Positions 58,178 through 64,000 of a stretch of DNA of 64,000 nt are shown here, one piece after another. How positions within the stretch are numbered: the stretch's first letter is position 1; each line of letters starts with the position of its first letter. The position numbers and the translations under genes are program-made. The DNA comes from Gammaproteobacteria bacterium (GTDB lineage: Bacteria; Pseudomonadota; Gammaproteobacteria; JABABF01): contig OZ250153.1 of the NCBI GenBank assembly GCA_965237805.1, positions 1,600,001 to 1,664,000 of the forward strand, written 5' to 3'. The notes beneath the pieces were generated by a model. It was not told the origin of the DNA, did no database searches, and was given only the letters and a program-made list of their open reading frames with translations.

Positions 58178-58363
58178 TGTCTCAGCATTGTATTATTTTG
58201 ACCTTATGTATTTAGGGAGCCTAAAATCAGGTGCCTATAACACCGCTAAGGATACCAGAGAACCTGCCGAACCGAATGATCAGATTTCTGCAGACACGGT
58301 TAAATATGATATAGTCAGGAACTATGCCAACAAACCAGTAGATTTGGCTCGTAGCGTGGCAAC

Positions 58364-60649
58364 ATGATTACTAAGTTTCAGCTTATTAGAAACATTGGCA
58401 TTTTCGATTCAGTCGATACTGGCGCTCGACTGCTATTAAACCGATTTGCGCTGATCTACGCCGAAAACGGAAGAGGTAAGACTACGTTAGCGGAGATACT
58501 TAGGTCCCTTGGTAGCAACAACCCTCTTCCCATTTTGGAAAGACACCGCCTTGGTGCAAAGGGGCCACCACATGTTGTAATTGTAGATGACACTGATAAA
58601 GAATCTGTATTTGAGAACGGCATTTGGAGCAACTATTTCTCTAGTATTACGGTCTTTGATGATCACTTTGTTACAGAGAATATTTGCTCCGGCATGGAGG
58701 TTGAGATTACGCATCGGAAGAAGCTTCATGAGCTGATCATTGGTGAGCAAGGTGTCAAGCTAAACACAGATCTTCAAGGGCACATCGATCGCATTGAGCA
58801 ACATAATCGCGACTTAAAAATCAAAAAAGATAGAATTCCACATAATATCCTGCACAGCCTCACTGTCGATGCATTTTGTGAGTTAAAGGAGCAACCAGAC
58901 ATTGATGCATTGATAACAGAGGCAGAACGTGCTCTTGCTGCGGCACATCAGGCTGATGCCGTTCGACAGGCACCCTCTTTTGAACCCATTTCATTGCCAC
59001 CGATTAATTTATCAGACATCGAGGTGGTTCTGAGCACTCAACTCCAAAATCTAGAAGAAAGAACAGTGGGGCTTGTTCAAAAACACCTCAAAAAAATAGG
59101 AGACGCTGGAGAAGCTTGGGTCGGAGATGGTATGCTCCGTATCAAAGGTGCGTCCAACAATAGTGATAAGGGGACATGCCCCTTCTGCGCCCAAGACTTG
59201 AGTGGATCGCCAATTATTACCCACTACCGAGCCTATTTTAGCGGTGTATATGCGGAATTAAAAAGTCATATCGACACTGCTATCGGGAACGTTGAATCAG
59301 TACACACTGGAAAAGCTCTGGCAATCTTTGAGCGTAGCATTCGTCATGCTGAGCGCTCTAGAGAATTCTGGAAAACTTTTGTCAATGTTCCTGATATCTC
59401 AATTAATACAGAGGAAATCTCACTAGCATGGAACGAAGCAATTCAAGGTATTCTCAGAGATCTAAGAACCAAACAATCCGCGCCGCTCGATCCCGTTTCC
59501 ATTGATGATTCAATTCGCGAGAAGGTTCGTGCATTTGATCAGTTTCGAAGGGAAATTGAGCGACTTAGCGCAGACTTGCTACAGACTGGACAACAGATCG
59601 ATCGCGCTAAGGCAGAGGTTGCGGCAGCTGATGTCGCTGTATTGACAACCCGTCTTGGTAAACTTAAGGCTACCAAGGAACGATTTCTTCCACAAGTTAT
59701 AGTATTATGCGGTGCCTACCTTCAGGAAATTAGCGACAAGATCGCCACTGAGCATCGAAGGCAGACCGCGCGTGAAGCCTTGGATCAATATCGAGAACAT
59801 ATTTTCACGAATTATGAAACCGCGATCAATGAATATCTCGAAAAGTTCAATGTCGGATTTCAGTTAGGTAGTGTTAAGGCGGGGAATAGGGGGAAAAGTT
59901 CGACCTGTAATTATAACGTTTTAATCAATGACAAGGCTGTAGAATTGGCTCCCAGAGAAGGAGAGCAATCTTTCAAGAATACGCTCAGTGCAGGTGACAG
60001 AAATGCACTCGCGTTGGCATTTTTTTTGGCATGCCTTGAGCTTGACCCCAATCATAATCAAAAGATCGTGGTAGTTGATGACCCCATGACCAGCCTTGAC
60101 GAACATCGGCAGGGCACAACGATTCATGAAATTCGGCGGCTTTCAGGTAACGTTGCCCAGCTAATTATCTTCTCACACTCTAAGCAGTTTCTTTGCGGTC
60201 TCTGGGAAGGGGCCGACACGAATCTTCGTTCGGCTTGCCAGATTTCACGCGCTAACGATGGTTCCAAGCTTACTGAGTGGAATGTGAGTCAAGATTGTAT
60301 TACCGAGCATGACAGACGTCATGCGCTGGTCCGTTCTTACATTGATGGCTCTGCAAGCTCTAACAAGCGAGAAGTTGCTAGTGCTCTGCGGCTGATCTTG
60401 GAGTCGTTTGTACGGGTTGCATACCCAGAGTCATTTTGTCCTGGAGATTCATTGGGGGAGTTCATTCATCATTGCAAACGAGAAGAGGCTATCCTCTCTT
60501 GTGCAGATATCAGCAGCCTCGACGGCTTGCTGGTCTATGCGAATAAATTCCATCACGACAAAAACGTAGGCAGCCAGACTGCTGAGATCAATGAAACCGA
60601 GCTCCTTCATTTTGCCCGTGAAACATTGAGTTTTACAAAACGAGCCTAA
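58364..60649 (+). CDS. RloC-like AAA_13/SMC-type ABC ATPase with zinc hook and putative C-terminal HEPN nuclease (defence)
   Basis: Walker A YAENGRGKTT, coiled coil with CPFC, signature LSAGD, Walker B/D-loop VVVDDPMTSLD, H-loop FSH, C-terminal RLILE...NKFHH; AT-rich. Confidence 0.8.
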   Translation: MITKFQLIRNIGIFDSVDTGARLLLNRFALIYAENGRGKTTLAEILRSLGSNNPLPILERHRLGAKGPPHVVIVDDTDKESVFENGIWSNYFSSITVFDDHFVTENICSGMEVEITHRKKLHELIIGEQGVKLNTDLQGHIDRIEQHNRDLKIKKDRIPHNILHSLTVDAFCELKEQPDIDALITEAERALAAAHQADAVRQAPSFEPISLPPINLSDIEVVLSTQLQNLEERTVGLVQKHLKKIGDAGEAWVGDGMLRIKGASNNSDKGTCPFCAQDLSGSPIITHYRAYFSGVYAELKSHIDTAIGNVESVHTGKALAIFERSIRHAERSREFWKTFVNVPDISINTEEISLAWNEAIQGILRDLRTKQSAPLDPVSIDDSIREKVRAFDQFRREIERLSADLLQTGQQIDRAKAEVAAADVAVLTTRLGKLKATKERFLPQVIVLCGAYLQEISDKIATEHRRQTAREALDQYREHIFTNYETAINEYLEKFNVGFQLGSVKAGNRGKSSTCNYNVLINDKAVELAPREGEQSFKNTLSAGDRNALALAFFLACLELDPNHNQKIVVVDDPMTSLDEHRQGTTIHEIRRLSGNVAQLIIFSHSKQFLCGLWEGADTNLRSACQISRANDGSKLTEWNVSQDCITEHDRRHALVRSYIDGSASSNKREVASALRLILESFVRVAYPESFCPGDSLGEFIHHCKREEAILSCADISSLDGLLVYANKFHHDKNVGSQTAEINETELLHFARETLSFTKRA

Positions 60650-60871
60650 TCGAATCAACGGAGAATAATATAGAGCCAATAATTACAATTTTATATAGAG
60701 GATATGAACACCGGATTCGACGTGTCATTGTTTTGAGCATGATCATGTGGAAATCTTCTGTTCGTTGTTGATAAGATAACTTGGCAATGCCAGTGACAAG
60801 TGATATTGATTCCATCTCTCGCGTTTCGAACTGCTGCGTCTTCTTGTTCCCTACCCCACTTTCTCTTTACT

Positions 60872-61083
60872 ACTGGCCTAGCTAGCCGAAACCGACTACC
60901 CCAAAGAGCAGACCAACGTCAACGGCGGAGCCGTCGCCCTCGGCCACTCCCTCGGCACCACCGGTGCCCGCCTGATGACCCCTTGCTGTGCGAGTTGGAA
61001 CGGGCGGGGGGAGCTACGGCCTGCAGATCAGGTGCGAGGGCGGCAGGCAGGCAAATGTGACGATTATTGAGCGGCTGGGGTAG
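60872..61083 (+). pseudogene. Diverged orphan copy of the thiolase 3' end (57967..58177)
   Basis: [35 protein letters not shown]...CELE...[19 protein letters not shown]; many third-position changes, one nonsense change and indels. Confidence 0.92.
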
Positions 61084-61157
61084 AGCCGCATAGCCACTCG
61101 CCCTAGGCGTTGGGATAACGCGGATACACAACGGCGAGGAAGTGGTTCTTGCCGTCT

Positions 61158-62345
61158 CTATTTGTCTGTACTTTTGCTCATCATATTTGACAGCGCTTCA
61201 TAGAAACCATGAGGTCCACTATCTTTAACGAATCCACTTGCACTTGGTCTGAATAGTGTTTGCAGCATCAGCTGCCTCTCTTCGCTTGATGGACCTTTGT
61301 CTTCACTTAGCAGTGCAAGATAGGTTTGGATCATGGTGGTGCGCTCATGTGCATCGCTATTTAGATGAAGGTTTGACATAAATATCTTGGCAGACAACTG
61401 CGTGAGCCATATAGTGAATGTTGAGGTGGCGAATACGATGCCAATCTTCCATAATGGGGTGTTTGTCGCAGTATCTTGGAGCAGCCAGACAGCAAGACAA
61501 ATGATCAATCCTAGGGAGATAAGCCCGCAGCCAAAGGTGAACCAGCCTGCTTTCTGCATGCCGTGCCGGTGAGATTCCTGTTTTTCTTTCCAGTACGTAA
61601 CTGGCGCTCGGAGTGCTATTGCTTCTTTGAAGGTTTTTTCCATGTTTGCAATCTTCGTTTCAGATTCTTGCATAAATTTGAGAAACCTCGCATCAGATTC
61701 TTGCATAAATCCTCGAAACCCCGCATCAGATTCTTGTGTAAATGTGTTGAACCACTCTTGCTGTTCCTGTACTTCTCGGTGTTGATTGCTGAATTTTGGC
61801 CCCCAGTCTTTCTTTAATCTCTCCAGAGATGCTACTTGCGCTGTTGCCGTCTCGGAAGTCCCCTGCCTATATTGCAGAGCTCGATATATGCCTTCTAGAC
61901 CGTGCATATTTATCATCCCATGGAGATTTATATTCTCACGACTCAAATTGAGTAGCGCATAGGCAGCGATGCCGTCGGCATGCTCATTATCTTCGTTGCG
62001 CAGATTAGAGACAAACTCGGCATCTGCCGATCCAGCTGTGATTGTATACCGTCCTAGTCTATTTATATCTGAGATCAGACTTTCTTTGAGCTGCTGTTGA
62101 ACTTCTGGATGGCCCCCACGGGCCTCATAATTTAAAATGAAGCCACCGATATGATCCCACCATTGGGCCATATTGCTCCAGATGGCCTGAAGATTCCTAT
62201 CTTCACGCTGTATCGTCTGAATCCATCCAAATGCATTTCTTTCTCCGTCGACCCACGTACGCAGCTCTTCAATACTGGCGAAATTTTGCTCGCCAGTATC
62301 AATTTTTAATGTAATTAAAGGTTGAGTGTCCTCTGCTTCGCTCAT
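61158..62345 (-). CDS. Coiled-coil, two-TM accessory membrane protein (DUF6161-like)
   Basis: Long helical N-terminus, LRAPVTYW, two hydrophobic helices, [18 protein letters not shown]...LFRPS; AT-rich. Confidence 0.65.
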   Translation of the reverse strand: MSEAEDTQPLITLKIDTGEQNFASIEELRTWVDGERNAFGWIQTIQREDRNLQAIWSNMAQWWDHIGGFILNYEARGGHPEVQQQLKESLISDINRLGRYTITAGSADAEFVSNLRNEDNEHADGIAAYALLNLSRENINLHGMINMHGLEGIYRALQYRQGTSETATAQVASLERLKKDWGPKFSNQHREVQEQQEWFNTFTQESDAGFRGFMQESDARFLKFMQESETKIANMEKTFKEAIALRAPVTYWKEKQESHRHGMQKAGWFTFGCGLISLGLIICLAVWLLQDTATNTPLWKIGIVFATSTFTIWLTQLSAKIFMSNLHLNSDAHERTTMIQTYLALLSEDKGPSSEERQLMLQTLFRPSASGFVKDSGPHGFYEALSNMMSKSTDK

Positions 62346-62411
62346 GGGTCACTTCACCTCATCGAACAGCTACTATAAACTCAGCCGATACCCGCTGAGC
62401 AGACAACCACT

Positions 62412-62487
62412 TGGTGGAGCCGAGGGGAATCGAACCCCTGACCTCGACGTTGCGAACGTCGCGCTCTCCCGACTGAGCTACGGCCCC
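62412..62487 (-). tRNA. tRNA-Ala(CGC)
   Basis: GGGGCCGTAGCTCAGTCGGGAGAGCGCGACGTTCGCAACGTCGAGGTCAGGGGTTCGATTCCCCTCGGCTCCACCA; 76 nt, G3:U70 pair, encoded CCA. Confidence 0.97.
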
Positions 62488-62584
62488 CCTGAAGCCTGTA
62501 TTTTAAGGGCGCGGCACCGCTCTTGCCAAGACAGCGCGCCGCCGAGCAGCGCTGGCGGTGCCACCTCAGCCAGCTCAATCCGCT

Positions 62585-62616
62585 ATTCTTGACTTATTTA
62601 CTAGGTTATATATAAT
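62585..62616 (+). promoter_or_regulatory. isc promoter with an overlapping type-1 IscR-box-like site
   Basis: TTGACT-16 bp-TATAAT; ATTCTTGACTTATTTACTAGGTTAT resembles the autoregulatory IscR site overlapping -35. Confidence 0.65.
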
Positions 62617-62646
62617 AAGGCTCATGCAAGTCCCCCGTCTTCGCTT

Positions 62647-63099
62647 ATGAATCTCACCACTCGCGGTCGCTATGCGGTCACAGCCCTGCTGGATTTGACC
62701 ATGAACGAGGGTCGTACGCCCAGCACTCTGGCATCTGTGGCCGAGCGTCAAGGCATTCCGAGCTCCTATCTGGAGCAGCTCTTTGCGCGCCTGCGCCGCC
62801 GCCGCTTGGTGGTGGGTGTGCGCGGTCCGGGCGGCGGCTATCGCTTGGCCCAGCCGGCGGATAGCATCTCGGTGGCGCAGATTCTACGCGCCGCAGGCGA
62901 GGGGATTGAGGCCACCCGTTGCGGTGGCACAGCCGATTGTCATGGCGGCTCGCGTTGCCTGACCCATCAGCTGTGGAGCGATCTGGAGCAGTGCATCGAG
63001 AGCTTTTGTGATGGCATCACGCTGGGCGGCTTGGCGCGGCGTGAGCGGCATTGCGCCATCGCACCCCAAGCACCAGCATCTCTGGTGCTGGTCGACTGA
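62647..63099 (+). CDS. iscR: Fe-S cluster assembly regulator IscR (Rrf2 family)
   Basis: MNLTTRGRYAVTALLDL, SYLEQLF, RGPGGGY, C-x5-C-x5-C-x2-H ligands. Confidence 0.94.
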   Translation: MNLTTRGRYAVTALLDLTMNEGRTPSTLASVAERQGIPSSYLEQLFARLRRRRLVVGVRGPGGGYRLAQPADSISVAQILRAAGEGIEATRCGGTADCHGGSRCLTHQLWSDLEQCIESFCDGITLGGLARRERHCAIAPQAPASLVLVD

Positions 63100-63123
63100 A
63101 AGACAGGACACCGGTACTCAATC

Positions 63124-64000
63124 ATGTCCACAGTGGCAAATATACAACCCCAGCGGCAGGTCTATATGGACTATGCGGCGACGACTCCGGTCGACCCGCG
63201 GGTCGTCGAGCGCATGGTCGAGTTCATGGGGCCACAGGGGGAGTTCGGCAATGCGGCCTCGCGTTCCCATGCCTATGGCTGGAAAGCGGAGGAGGCGGTC
63301 GAGGCGGCGCGTCAGCAGGTGGCCGATCTGATCGGTGCCGATGCCCGCGAGATTGTCTGGACCTCCGGTGCCACCGAGGCCGATAACTTGGCGATCAAGG
63401 GCGCGGCGACTTTTTATGCCGAGCAGCGCGGTCGCCACATCATCACTTCACGCATCGAGCACAAGGCGGTGTTGGACAGCTGTAGGCAGCTGGAGCGCGA
63501 GGGTTTTGAACTCAGCTATCTGGATCCGGATGCCGATGGTCTGGTGTCGGCGGACAGTGTCGCCGCCGCTCTGCGCGACGATACGGTGCTGGTCTCGCTG
63601 ATGCATGCCAACAATGAGATCGGCACGGTCAACGACATCGAGGCCATCGGCGCGGTCACGCGCGAACGCGGTGTGCTGTTCCACAGCGATGCGGCTCAGA
63701 GCGCCGGTAAGGTGCCGCTCAATGTGGAGCGTGCCCAAGTCGATCTGCTGTCGTTGTCGGCGCATAAGGTCTATGGTCCCAAGGGCATCGGCGCGCTCTA
63801 TGTGCGCCGTCGGCCGCGGGTGCGCATCGCCGCCCAATTGCACGGCGGCGGCCACGAGCGCGGCATGCGCTCGGGCACGCTGGCCACCCATCAGATCGTC
63901 GGCATGGGTGAGGCGATGGCGATCGCGGCGCGTGAGATGTCGGCCGAGGCGGAGCGCTTGTCCAAGTTGCGCGACCGTATGTGGGATGGGGTCAAAGACA
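63124..64000 (+). CDS. iscS: Cysteine desulfurase IscS (runs off the window end)
   Basis: Manual translation from ATG 63124: [78 protein letters not shown]. Confidence 0.95.
   Translation, partial: MSTVANIQPQRQVYMDYAATTPVDPRVVERMVEFMGPQGEFGNAASRSHAYGWKAEEAVEAARQQVADLIGADAREIVWTSGATEADNLAIKGAATFYAEQRGRHIITSRIEHKAVLDSCRQLEREGFELSYLDPDADGLVSADSVAAALRDDTVLVSLMHANNEIGTVNDIEAIGAVTRERGVLFHSDAAQSAGKVPLNVERAQVDLLSLSAHKVYGPKGIGALYVRRRPRVRIAAQLHGGGHERGMRSGTLATHQIVGMGEAMAIAAREMSAEAERLSKLRDRMWDGVKD

Noticed and set aside
62412-62487. tRNA-Ala as att site of an integrative element, or as a dedicated supplier of GCG codons for the adhesin
   Set aside because: No duplicated tRNA 3' fragment or integrase was found; tRNA-Ala(CGC) is unremarkable in GC-rich genomes and lies 43 kb from the adhesin.

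Overview
GC-rich bacterial chromosome window. The 23S rRNA and iscR-iscS look gammaproteobacterial; a host-associated lifestyle is only an inference. The first 19.3 kb is the 3' part of a giant (>6,400 aa visible) acidic Ig-like tandem-repeat surface protein that ends in two dockerin/EF-hand-like modules. Next come rmlD-like, xseA and lipid/steroid metabolism genes: an acyl-CoA ligase, SDRs, an F420-dependent reductase-family gene, acyl-CoA dehydrogenases, CYP51 plus ferredoxin, the ipdAB-ipdC-fadE31/32-fadA6 steroid C/D-ring pathway, a sulfotransferase and a GH2 glucuronidase. The window also holds a 23S-5S rRNA unit with no 16S, tRNA-Ala(CGC) and iscR-iscS. AT-rich islets interrupt this backbone: decayed MBL, P63C, IS1595 and MmeI-type genes, a cargo-carrying IS1-family element with perfect IRs and TSD, an RloC-like ATPase and a DUF6161-like gene. 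The most striking unexplained pattern is that at four loci (six genes) the accessory DNA lies between a gene and a displaced, variably diverged 'echo' of its 3' end, with no integrase present. Several single-base frameshifts may be sequencing or assembly errors. All family calls come from motif recognition by eye, not database searches.
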